Positions 13,701-24,284 of a DNA stretch of 64,000 nucleotides are shown piece by piece (positions within the stretch are counted from its first letter, which is position 1; each line of letters begins with the position of its first letter). The notes under the pieces are model-generated. The model ran no database searches. It saw only the letters and a list, made by a program, of their open reading frames with translations, and was not told the origin of the DNA. Origin of the DNA: Trichosphaerium sp. ATCC 40318 (taxonomy: Eukaryota; Protista; Tubulinea); NCBI GenBank assembly GCA_038496445.1, contig JALMLS010000341.1, positions 99,663 to 163,662 on the forward strand, given 5' to 3'. The translations under genes were made by a program, and so were the position numbers.

Positions 13701-14253
13701 ACGCAAAACATTCACGCAATGATGTTACAACACAGATGTGACATATGTTACGTACCTGATTGTGCGCTTCCACTTTCGTTAGCACTGTGGACAACCTCGA
13801 TCAGAGGAAGAGGGCGGAACACGTGGCCTTGAGAAACAGTTCTTTGGCGTTTTGCAGTGGCTGAAGTAGCGGTACGCGTAATAGTGACTTTGCACGGGAT
13901 TGTTGATGTTTTTAGTACACGTATAGTACTAGGTGCTATTTGCTTGACATAGTGAGTGCGAATATGCGTTCCTTGGTGAGCTGTGGCAATTCTGAGGAGC
14001 CGAAAAACGGATGAGTTCGTTTTAATTCGGTTTTGCAGCGCTTGGTCTACTTTGGAAGCTGAAGAATCCTTTACAAATGTTAAATGACACCCATTTCTCA
14101 TTAAGAAATTGTACAACATGCCTTGGCGCCTTGAATACGCTTCAATTGCAGAAAGGCATTACTTTGATCATCAAGAGCTGAGAAAACAATGTAATCTTTG
14201 TCTTCTGCTATTTTCTGGCCTTTAACACGTTCCCAATTACGAGCGTTGGACAT
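10730..14253 (-). CDS. Fusion of a degenerate PAICS-type SAICAR synthetase domain + class I PurE (N5-CAIR mutase) + PurK (N5-CAIR synthetase)
   Basis: PurC-like [24 protein letters not shown]; Pur[42 protein letters not shown]; Pur[43 protein letters not shown]. Both inter-domain linkers splice in frame. Confidence 0.88.
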
Positions 14254-14502
14254 TAAGACCCAATGGGAAAAATAATATGACTGTGGAGCGGTTTTTTTCG
14301 AACAATAAAATTTGTAAAGTCCTCGTTATTCAGTATTCTTTAACACAACAAACAGTGCATCTAAACCCCGCACTTGTCGACACAATAAATATTTTGTTAT
14401 TGTTTGGCTTGCTTACTGTAGTTTTTTGTTATTAGAGTTTTTTTAGCCGTTTCTTTTACGTACCCCTTTTGTTTCCTTTGGACCTAAATAGTCTAATCAT
14501 TA

Positions 14503-17500
14503 ATGTCTGGCGGGCAAATTTATTACCAGGTGCGTTGGACGCGGGCAATGCGAAAGTTAAATAGAAATATTATGTAGTTATTTAAAACCCAATCAACCGC
14601 TAGCAATTCCAGCTCACGCTTTTTTAGTTTCAAGCGAGCTCCAAAGAACAAAATGCCCTAGCGTTCGAAGGACCTATTATTTCCTTAGCTGAATTAAAGC
14701 AAGGTATTGTACATCAACAAAAATTAGGGAGCGCACGCGATTTTGGTCTGGAAATTGTAAATTCGCAAACAAAAGAAGGTACGCACCTAACCAGTACTTT
14801 ATATGCCAGATACGCCTTACATTTGAGCTAAATGGATGAGATCCGGTTTATTTGTGCACTCTTAGCCACTGTTAACGTTTTTTTAGTTTACAAGGATGAC
14901 GCCATACTTATACCGCGTAACACATCTGTTGTTGTTAGACGAATTCCAATTACTGCCGCGAGAGGTGTCGCTCCTCCTCCGGCTCCATTTTCTCGCCCAA
15001 CTAGCTACCAATCCCACACGTACACTAGTGTACCGAAATATGACGCATCGAAGTCCTCTTCAAAAGTCACTGGCGGCGCAAGCAGTGAAGAACAAGAAGG
15101 CATTGACAAGTTACTAAACCAAAAACCAACCTGGACGTACGTGTACCATAGCATTATTGGCGTAGCTATGAAGAAAGGAACAAAGATAATCATTTGCGCT
15201 CTGCGCGTAGTTGAAAATAAAATCTCATCTATTTTTCCTCTCCCTATCACAATTATCCCTCCTTTTCTTTTTTTGACGGTATTGCTGAGTAGATCGAAAA
15301 AAAAAAAAGAGCCAAATAATTGAAGATCTTTATAATCATACACACTAACGCAACAGCGCAGAGTTTATCTTGCCCTTTTCTATGCTTTATTCTACCCTTT
15401 ATTTCTTTTTTTTTTTTTCTTTTCTCGCTTTTATTTAAATGTTTCTAGGCGAAGAGCGTCTGGTGGTAATGTTAGGAGAAAGTGTGAAGGTCCACCACCT
15501 CCTGGCTATGTTTGTCATCGTTGTAACCAACCGAATCATTGGATTCAACATTGTCCAACGAATGGTGACCCTCAGTATGACTTGCCTAAGATTAAAAAAG
15601 CTACTGGTATACCAAGAAGCTTCTTAAAGCCTATAATTGGTGGTGATCATAAATCAGCCTATGTAGTGCCTGGTGGCGGCTTAGCCAAGATGGCGCCGAA
15701 TGAGTACATTATTTTTTTTCAGAATTTTCTGATTTTTGTTTTCTCACGAAAGTCGACTAACACACAATGTAGACATGTTTTTGAACAAGAAATTGCTAAG
15801 GCTAACCCAGTAGATGAAACTAAAGAAGGTGAAGAAGTACCAAAGTCTTTTCAATGCCCTATTTGCAAGGTACGCTCAAAACCAAACTGACTTGATTTTT
15901 TGGAGTGGAATTCTAACTTTTTTGGTTTTAGGATTTATTAAAAGACGCTGTACTTATATCTTGTTGTGGATACAGTTTTTGTGATGAGTGTACGTACCTT
16001 TATAGCTTATGTAACGCTCCAAAACGCTAACTTTGATGTTTTTAGGTATTCGTCCTCAAGATCTTAGTCAAGTCCTCCTTTGTCCTATGTGCAAGAAAAC
16101 AACTACTGCTAATAAGCTTGTACCAAACCACAGTATGCGTACATCTATAACGGAGTACATCAAAAATAAGGAAGACGAGAAAAAAGAAAAGGAAAAAGCT
16201 GAAAGGGAGCGTCAAGCGCAAATCCAAGAGGCTGTGCGTTTAGAACAAGAAAAAGCAGCTCTGGAAGCAGCCAGGATCGTACAGGAGCAGAGAGAAGCTG
16301 AAGAAGAGCAAAAACGCAAAGAAGCAGAAAAAGCAAAGGAAGAAGCCGAAGAAAGGAAGGCAACCAAAGATACTTCCGATAAGGGTACAGAACTGAAGGC
16401 CCATGAATCACCTAGAGACGTAGAGGAAGGAGAAGGTGAAGAAAAGGACCCCAAGTCGATTGATGATGCGTCTAAAGATGATAAATCCGATGAAGATAGC
16501 AAAGATAAAAAATCATCAAAACGGCCTTCATCACCTGATTCAGAGGGCTCTCGTGATAGCAGCAAGAGTAAAAGATCTAGCCGTGGTATTTTTGAACCTC
16601 TACCGGATATGCATATCCCTGATTTTATTAAAGGTACGCAAGCTTTAAGATCATATTTTTTTTTTACGTGGTTCAATTGATGTGCTTACAACGTTTTATA
16701 GAGAAGCAACATGGTAAAGATAGACGTGGTGATCGTCATTCAAGACATCGTAGTCCTCCAAGGAGACATGATTACCCTGGACAAGGCTATGGTTACGCTT
16801 ACCCTCCAGCGCCTTATGGTGTTCCACCGTTTTATCATCCACCGTTTCCTGGTTATTACCCACCACCATATGGCGTACCACCTTACGCACCTGGACCTCA
16901 TCGTGGTAGAGATTATGGCCGCAGAGATAGCTACCGAGATGGTCATAGAAGACGCTATAACAGTCGAAGCAGGGAGCGCCGACATAGAAGCAGAGAAAGG
17001 TTAGTTTTTTTTTTTTGTTTTGTTTTCAAGTTTTGTGCTCATTGATTTTTTATAGAAGAAGTAATCATTCAAGAGATAAAAAAAGGCGTAGTCGTAGGTC
17101 TAGAGACAAATCTCCAAAAGATAGCACCAAGAGCACCTCCCATCGTGATGAAAAAAAGGATTCTGATAAGCGTACTCCTGAACAAGAAGTTAAAACACCA
17201 ACGAGCCCAATGCTTGCAGATAAGAGCCCAGACAGCGTAGATTATAGTCCAAGTCGTGCTCTAGATGTAGATTTTGATGATGCGGAAGGAAATGAAGTTG
17301 AAGAGAAGAAAGATGTATCACCTGTTGCATCTTCTCCGAAGACACCTACAGAGCCTGCAGACCCTGAAGAGGAAGTAATGAAGGTGGAACCAAAAGAGAG
17401 GGAGCATAACACGAAGAAGAGAAGCCGTGATGAGGATGACAGTCGTAATGATAGAGATAAGAAGCGTTTGAGGAGTAGTGATGATAGATCTCGTCGAGAT

Positions 17501-17800
17501 AAGCGCAGACGTCGAGATGACCGAGATCGTAGAGATAAGGATCGTAGGCGCGAGCGTGATAGCAAGCAATCGTCTTCTTCCTCTTCTCATAGACGAGAGA
17601 GGGATAAAACAAGGCGCCGTGGTTCAGAAGATAGACGTGATGATAGGGATCGTCAGCGTTCATCCTCAAGGCGTAGCTATTCTCCTGGGCATGGGCATAA
17701 GCGTAAGCATGAGCGTGAAAGTGAGAGTGCTAGCAAGAGGCGTAGACATCGCAGTGATAAAAGCGATAGAGCTCGTGACCATAGGAAGTCTTCAAGGTGA
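14503..17800 (+). CDS. RBBP6: RBBP6/Mpe1-like E3 ligase / 3'-end processing factor (DWNN, zinc knuckle, RING, RS-rich tail)
   Basis: DWNN YKDDAILIPRNTSVVVRRIP; knuckle PPPGYVCHRCNQPNHWIQHCPTNGD; IKKATGIPRSFL; RING CPICK..LLKDAV..CCGYSFCDEC..CPMC; R/S/D-rich C-terminus. Confidence 0.92.
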
Positions 17801-18032
17801 TTTCCTTTCCACCTTTTTTTGAATTTTTTTTTTGAACTTTTGTTGGCAGCTTGTAAGTTAGAAACTGTAAATAAATATGCTCAACATGTCTACGTTAGTT
17901 CATATTGTTTGCTGTAGTAAAACAGCCTGGTTCTTTAAAGTCATTAAGCGGAGAATTAGCAATTTTTGTTTTTTCAAAAAAACTATCAGTACACAGGTCA
18001 ATTGTGTTCTATCGTTGAGTTTAACGCTAGAC

Positions 18033-19325
18033 ATGATAAGAGCTGCTTGTGTGCGAAGATTACAGTTACGTAGATGCAATAAAAAGACTTTTGGATGTCG
18101 TTTCAAATCAGATGGTGATACGAGGCCAACAGCAGCTATAGTTATAATAGGTAGCGTAAAAACGCGTAACAACCGCCGTAAATTAAAATTAAACTCATTT
18201 AGGTGATGAAATTCTGAACGGCAAAGTTCATGATAGCAACACGCACTGGTACGTGCCAATAGATCTGCGTAATAATAAGATGTTTTTTTTTTGACACTTG
18301 TCTACAAGGCTGGCAAACTTTTTCTTTAAACGAGGCATACACTTGCGCTCTGTTACTGTAGTACCAGACGAGGTATCATAGTTGTTATAACAAATACGGC
18401 GTATTGTTCCCAACATAAAACTAGGAAGACGAGATTATTCGCACAGTGCGTCACGCGTCTTCAAAGTACGCGTTTGGGACTATTAATAACTCACTTTGAT
18501 TATAAGGTTTGACTACACAATAACAACGGGTGGTATCGGGCCAACACACGATGATATCACATACCAATCGATTGCGCGTGCTTTTGACAGAAAACTAGAA
18601 CCACATGCAGAGACTGTTGAAAAACTTACAAAAACACTCTCAGAGCGTAATATAGAGATCAATGATGAGCGTATGCGTATGGCTATATTCCCTACGCCTG
18701 CTAGAGGTATGTAATACTGCCAAATTGTCTATAATAACATTGTTTTTTTGAACAGTTATTCCAACATCATCTTGGGTGCCAATCGTTGAGGTTGAGAATA
18801 TTTATATCTTACCAGGTGTACCTGGTATTGTACGTACTACTAGTTCACCGTAATTAATGCTAATAGAATGTACCTTAGTTAAAGACAATGATGGATGATG
18901 CAGTGTCTTTACATGGCATGTTTAAAGGAGGTAAGAACGTAGCTTTTACCCAGAAAGTTTGCTCTCGTACTAAATTGTACGTAGGTAAAATTCCACACTC
19001 TGAGGCTGTATATACACATAAAAGTGAAGGAGGTACACGTAATTACTTTTAATACTAAAAAGCTAACTTTATTTCCAAGATATTGCCAAAGATCTTGTAA
19101 GAATAAATAAGGAACATGGCGATGTTCAAATTGGGAGTTACCCAAAGTTAGGTAATCAACTCTCATAGTGTTAATTTTTTGCTGACGCTGTATCCCTCTC
19201 TAGACGCAGATGTTGAAGTGGCCGGATATAAAGTGATGATAACCATACAAGGAGAGGATGCAGAAAAAGTGCAGGCTGCACGTGATGTAGTCAAGTCACT
19301 TGTTGACGGCTTTTATAAAGACTAA
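18033..19325 (+). CDS. Molybdopterin-binding (CinA/COG1058, FLAD1 MPTb-like) domain protein, probably mitochondrial
   Basis: AAIVIIGDEILNGKVHDSNTHWL, TTGGIGPTHDDIT, IYILPGVP; Arg-rich N-terminal presequence-like segment. Confidence 0.85.
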
Positions 19326-19512
19326 TAAAATAATAAAAAAACAAGAAACAATAACAATATGTCCTGCTAGCTGTGGATTGCCATCATAAGACCCTTATGT
19401 CAGATTGGTTTCCTTTTGATCTCTGCTATTGACGTTCTTGTCTCTTTCGAATGCAGAATGTTCTTATAACGGAATTACTCACTAAATTCTTATTTGTAGA
19501 ATTATTTTCTTT

Positions 19513-21780
19513 TTATTTTGTTGTAATTGATACAACCTCACTACTGGATCCTTTGGGTATTATTCTATAATGAAACAAGTACAAACATACTAGAATAACT
19601 GTCCATACAGCATTAAGCGCAAGCAACACTATACCCTACTTTTGAGGTTAAAATGTGTGCTAGAACTGAAAAGTACATACCATGTACAAAGCTACAAAAG
19701 GCATAAGTGCAGTACCGCTAGCTACTATCCAACATAAAAGTATTACAGCATAGACTAAGAAAGCACAAGATGAGATAAAGAAGAGGGTAAACAAACAAGT
19801 TGACTACTTGCCTACGCCAAGCCAGAAGCACGTGTTACCAAGTCGCCAAGGAGTGAACAATTGAATGATAGATATTGATGCTAGTATTAATGCCCATACT
19901 CCAGCAGGGACCAGTAGACCATAGATCCATGCTTTTAACAAATTTGTAAGAATTTTATAGGATTTTAAAGGTTGTACTAGGGAATGCTTCAATGTCACAT
20001 GAAGCGTCGTTTCCTGGTTGTCCTCTGAAAAAACAAACTTATTGAGTTCAAACTTTTGCTTAGATTACAGTACGTTTTTACAAATGGAGCACATCCTGAC
20101 CATTGTATAATAGGGTTAGCGTCTTCTCCTCTGTATCCTTTCATATTAACACATAAAGGGCCTGTACCGGAATCTTCAATCTCTAACACACCATATTGAT
20201 TGACGTAGTGATACTCATAACTTTTACAACCTGTTCCAAAAAAAGTCGTAAATTACAAGATGCTTTTGTTTGATGCAAAACATTAATACCTTCAGAGAAA
20301 GGACCTCCTTTGGACGATCCAATGCGATCATATGCTGCAGCTTGGAATATTGGAAACCCTTAAAAACGTGTTAAAAAGTACTGGTGTTGACAGTGAGTCA
20401 AACCTGCTCCGCCACCAGTGGCATAGTCCGAGTTTGAGCCTATTGCTATTAAAACAATAAACATTTATTTATGTCTCACCATCGTCAATTGCAAGCATGT
20501 GAGAATCACCAGATATAGCAATAAGATTTGTTACGCTACAATTCTTTATCATATTAGCAACTCTTGTTCTATCACTTGGATAACTAAACCATTTATCACC
20601 CTGCTGTCGAGTTAGATACTCGAGTGCAGGTTGTGCGTGTGAGGTAGTCAAAGTGACTCACCGCAGATGGTTTTCCTATCCATGGAATAGTATTTGCCCA
20701 GACCACCAGAGAATATGAAGAAGCTGAACACAATTCATTGTTGAACCATTGAAACTGCTCTTCACTCATGAGCGTAACTTCCGAAACTTGCTGCACAAGA
20801 AATGAACAAAACTCGGTAAGTAGTTTCCGCTAATTTTTATCGAAACTATTTTATTACCTCTGATTTTAAATCTGTTATTATAAATCTAACGTTACCAATA
20901 GTATATGCTTGGTTTATTCTTGCTTGAAGATCAGGAGCTAACAAAACATGTGTTAGTCTTTGCATTGGCAACAAAAAAGACTTACGGGCGAGTTCTGTGG
21001 GATAATGTGGAAAGTACATTCTATACGCTGACCTAGCTGCTGGTTTACTAGGCGAGCTTGAGTCAGCATTATTTGGTCCATAATCGTGGTCATCCCAAAT
21101 ATAGCTCATAGGAAGACTTTGGAATAATTCACGTTGTCTGTTTTGTTTAAAGGTAAGTTCATAAGCATCACGGAAAGCTTGAATGCTGTTTGTGGTTATA
21201 TCTGTATAATGTAGGTCACCCAAATGGATCATCAAATCAGCATTTTGATTCTTAATGGCCGAGAAAACTTCTAAACAGAAAAAATTATTTGTTTTTTGAA
21301 AACGACATGGCACGTGATTTTTTCTTTTCAGAAACTGTGTCGTACTGTTGTTTGAAGCAGCGCTAGAGCAAGATCCAAAAACAATCTTTAAATTTTGAGG
21401 ACCTTCACTAAAAGTTGAAAAAGTCCCGACTCTAGCGGTACTTGCGCCATAATAGTACCGTGAGGACGATGTTAAGTTGTGAAATGTAATCTTAAAAGGA
21501 TCGCTTGTTATCGCCGGTGCCCGTATTGGAGAAGTTAGATCCCTTGTTGAACTCAACGATAGTGTCCCTCCTTGATTACCTAACCGGTAATTTGGTAAAC
21601 AGTCAAGAAATTGGCTACAGCACAACAAGCGAAGAGGATTGGCGTACCTGAAATCACTATTGTCGCTTGGCTGTTTGTAACTCCTCCTGCCCACATGATA
21701 AAAGGAGAAACATAGCTAAATAGGCACGTGATAATAAAGAATGTAATATACATAGTGGTGTAGTGAATGAAGTATCGCAT
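19513..21780 (-). CDS. PhoD-like alkaline phosphatase/phosphodiesterase with signal peptide and C-terminal TM helices (copy 1)
   Basis: FGSCS, IHLGDLHY, IWDDHDYGPNNAD, ISGDSHMLAIDDG motifs. Confidence 0.88.
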
Positions 21781-22126
21781 GGTATGGCGGTTATGTAAAT
21801 GTCACATTTTTACTTTTATGATGTCATTAAAATGTGTCATTTTCAAAACATATGAACCCTTTTTTGGGAACCAAAACATCTACTATATTGAACTACATAA
21901 AGCAGGCACCTTAGTTTGTACGCTTCAATATTGTTATCCGGTGAAATCGTCGGACCACAAGTCCGAAATATTACAGGCAATCTTTGTTGTTGCCGAGTAG
22001 TGTGTTCCAGAAAAGAATATTCATCCTGTGATATGGGTTTAGATTTGCGAAGGCTAGGTAAAGTTCTTGATGTCGCGTACTTGTGATTACACTGTAAATG
22101 TTGCATATATTCTGGCTCCCTCTTCA

Positions 22127-22536
22127 GGTAGAGTAGGGTGGGTTTGACGCTTTTTCGATTTTAATTATGTTGACCAAAAACACAGGGTGAACTCAAACAT
22201 GGAATCTATGGTGTTGGTAGAGTGGGTTTGACACTTTTTCGATTTTAATTATATTGACCAAAAACACAAAAGACGGAAGTGTTTCGGTAGACAGCATTTG
22301 AGGTGTTGACGATTTTCGCAAATATCGATTAAGGGAAAGGGAAAAAAAAACCATCTGGGTAGAGGGGGTTTGAGACTTTTTCGATTTTAACCATGTTGAC
22401 CAAAAACACAAAAGACAGAAGTGTTTCGCTAGACAGTTTTTTACTAGGTGGGAGTTGAGACTTTTTCAAACAATAATTGAGAGTGTGTTTATTATTATAT
22501 GTAACAGCGAGAGGGAGTTTGAGGCTTTTTTGAAGG
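22127..22536. repeat. Imperfect direct-repeat array: three 55-80 bp copies plus shorter core copies
   Basis: GGTAGAG(N)GGGTTTGA(C/G)(A/G)CTTTTTCGATTTTAA..ATRTTGACCAAAAACACA at 22127-22184, 22216-22294 and 22358-22436; core copies near 22437-22468 and 22508-22536. Confidence 0.9.
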
Positions 22537-22649
22537 TAAATAAACAATTTTTTTTATTAATACCAAGTAGATAGCGCTGTTGTGTTGTGATCTATCCAGT
22601 GAAGCGCAAGCGAGCCGTTTCCGTGAGTAAACAGTTTTGTGATTGATCT

Positions 22650-23468
22650 CCGCGAAGCCCATGCGAGCGCAGTGCCCTCCAGTTGCCTAGGTAAACCTTG
22701 AGCGGGTATCAAGGTTTAGCGAAGGTAGACCGCACTCTTGTTAAAAATCACATGACTTTTTCTGTTTTTTTACTAGAGGGAAGTTGACACTTTTATATTT
22801 GTGATTCAGAGTGAGGTTATATTATTTCTCCGCATGCGGAATTTTGCAGATTACGCCCTTTGACTACCCGCTAGCAACGCCGAGTCTTCATAATTTTGTG
22901 GGCGCTGGTGATACGGGGTCTATGAAGTGTGCTTTTGTCGTAGATGTATGCTTTGTATCTCGCGCTGGGAAAAAAATTTGTGCCCACGCGCTTTTGAGCT
23001 CCAAACCCTCACCAGATACGTTTATTTCGCCAATGAAGAGCGCTCCTTCAAGGAAGTATGCGGGATCGGCACTGTGCGACGAGAAAATTTTGCTATTTTT
23101 TCGTGTCGTTGATAACAAGCGTTTTAAAGCTTCTTTTACGTAACAAACCACATAATAAACGCTTTTCAAGCTGTAATTGCGTGTCAATAAAATAGTGACA
23201 CGGTAAAAAAGGCAAACATGTGCTTAATCGCAATAAACGCGTTGTTTCTACCGTTTCCAAGCATTCTCGTTCCCGTAATTGCGTTTAAACCTCATCAAAA
23301 CTGATTAAGTGAGCATTTTGTCAAAATGACTTAACGAATTCCGCTACACCCTTAACACACTTCCCACCCTATAGCAAAACGTGTGGTACATTAAACGCCA
23401 AACCTTGCTACCAGAGCAAGGTTGTGTCTAGCTAACTCAGGGGTAGTGGCTCGCTTGGGCTTCGCTGG
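22650..23468. repeat. Pair of ~72 bp imperfect inverted repeats, each with a GCGAAGC motif and an AACCTTG-loop-CAAGGTT hairpin
   Basis: ~22650-22721 aligns with the reverse complement of ~23396-23468. Confidence 0.8.
22888..23295 (-). CDS. Hypothetical small spliced protein inside the repeat island; exon structure uncertain
   Basis: ATG 23295 MRFKRNYGNENAWKR splices via GT-AG in frame into ORF 22888-23187. Shares an upstream TGCTCACTTAA motif with the neighbouring nuclease gene. Confidence 0.4.
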
Positions 23469-23591
23469 TATTGGTTATCTTGTATGCTGTTTGATTGAAT
23501 AGTGTAGAAATTTACTAAAATACAATGATTGATAAATGTAATACTGTCTAAATACACTTAAGCAAGTGCACTTACACAGTTCCCCACCCTA

Positions 23592-24122
23592 TTAAGTTGG
23601 TACGCTTAATACAGTTTACCACCCTATAGCAAAAACTACTCGTTGTCAAATAATAAAAAGTTTATTCGTTTTTAGCGAAAATACAGTCACGCATTCTGCG
23701 CCAGGCACCATAGTAAAATGCAAAATGGCCTTCGCAATATCCTCGGTGCTCGCACTTTCTGCGCGAATTATTAACGTAATTCGGCTCTAACACAATATGA
23801 TCTGGGTTCGTGCATGCCTTACAATGGCACAAATGCGAGGCGTCAACCTCGCAACGCTTTAGCGTTGGATAATACAAATAATACCCTAGTTCATCACGGT
23901 CACGCAGAGTGATGCCTTTTTGCGTGTATAACACGTAATGAGCTAGATTGAATTTCATATTTTTACATCCGTTCTGGAATGTTGCATAGATATAACCTGA
24001 ATGATTTATAGAGCCTCTCTTACACACACGGCATCCAGTTTCTGTTGTTTTAAGTTAGTTTTGGTGTGTTTTGTTGTTAAGTTGGTACGCTTAATACAGT
24101 TTCCCAACCTATAGCAAAAACT
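23592..24122. repeat. 46 bp direct repeats bracketing the nuclease coding exon
   Basis: TTAAGTTGGTACGCTTAATACAGTTT(A/C)CCA(C/A)CCTATAGCAAAAACT at 23592-23637 and 24077-24122; partial copies at ~23352-23380 and ~23570-23595. Confidence 0.92.
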
Positions 24123-24164
24123 GTAAAGAAAGGTACCTGGTTTTATCTCTTCTCCATAGCGCAT
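23662..24164 (-). CDS. His-Cys box / His-Me finger endonuclease (I-PpoI-like), two exons, ~135 aa
   Basis: Exon 24164-24137, GT-AG intron 24136-24042 with CTAAC branch site, exon 24041-23662: MRYGEEIKPETGCRVC..SGY..DASHLCHCKACTNPDHIVLEPNYVNNSRRKC..C..H..C. Confidence 0.85.
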
Positions 24165-24284
24165 TGAGTGTAACTTTAAGTGAGCAATGTCCCAAGGCTA
24201 CTCTTCAGGAGTTACTCTCGTTTAAGTAAGGTAGGCGTTAAGTCAATTTCGCTGACTCATCACTCAAGATATCCCTGTTTTACA

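Noticed and set aside
14040-14140. Additional GC-AG intron at the start of the PurC-like domain
   Set aside because: A canonical GT-AG alternative also keeps the frame; cannot be resolved without cDNA.
16042-17822. Many overlapping ORFs in the RBBP6 tail
   Set aside because: Alternative-frame and antisense artefacts of low-complexity R/S/D/E sequence.
22127-22536. CRISPR- or TIGR-like guide array next to a nuclease
   Set aside because: Only three long, degenerate copies with unequal spacing (~89 and ~142 nt), partly duplicated spacers and no cas/tas genes. Better read as iterated binding sites, though small-RNA data could revive the idea.
22560-24200. Group I intron or rDNA context for the His-Cys box gene
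   Set aside because: No rRNA sequence or convincing P/Q/R/S core elements seen; the flanks are protein-coding genes.
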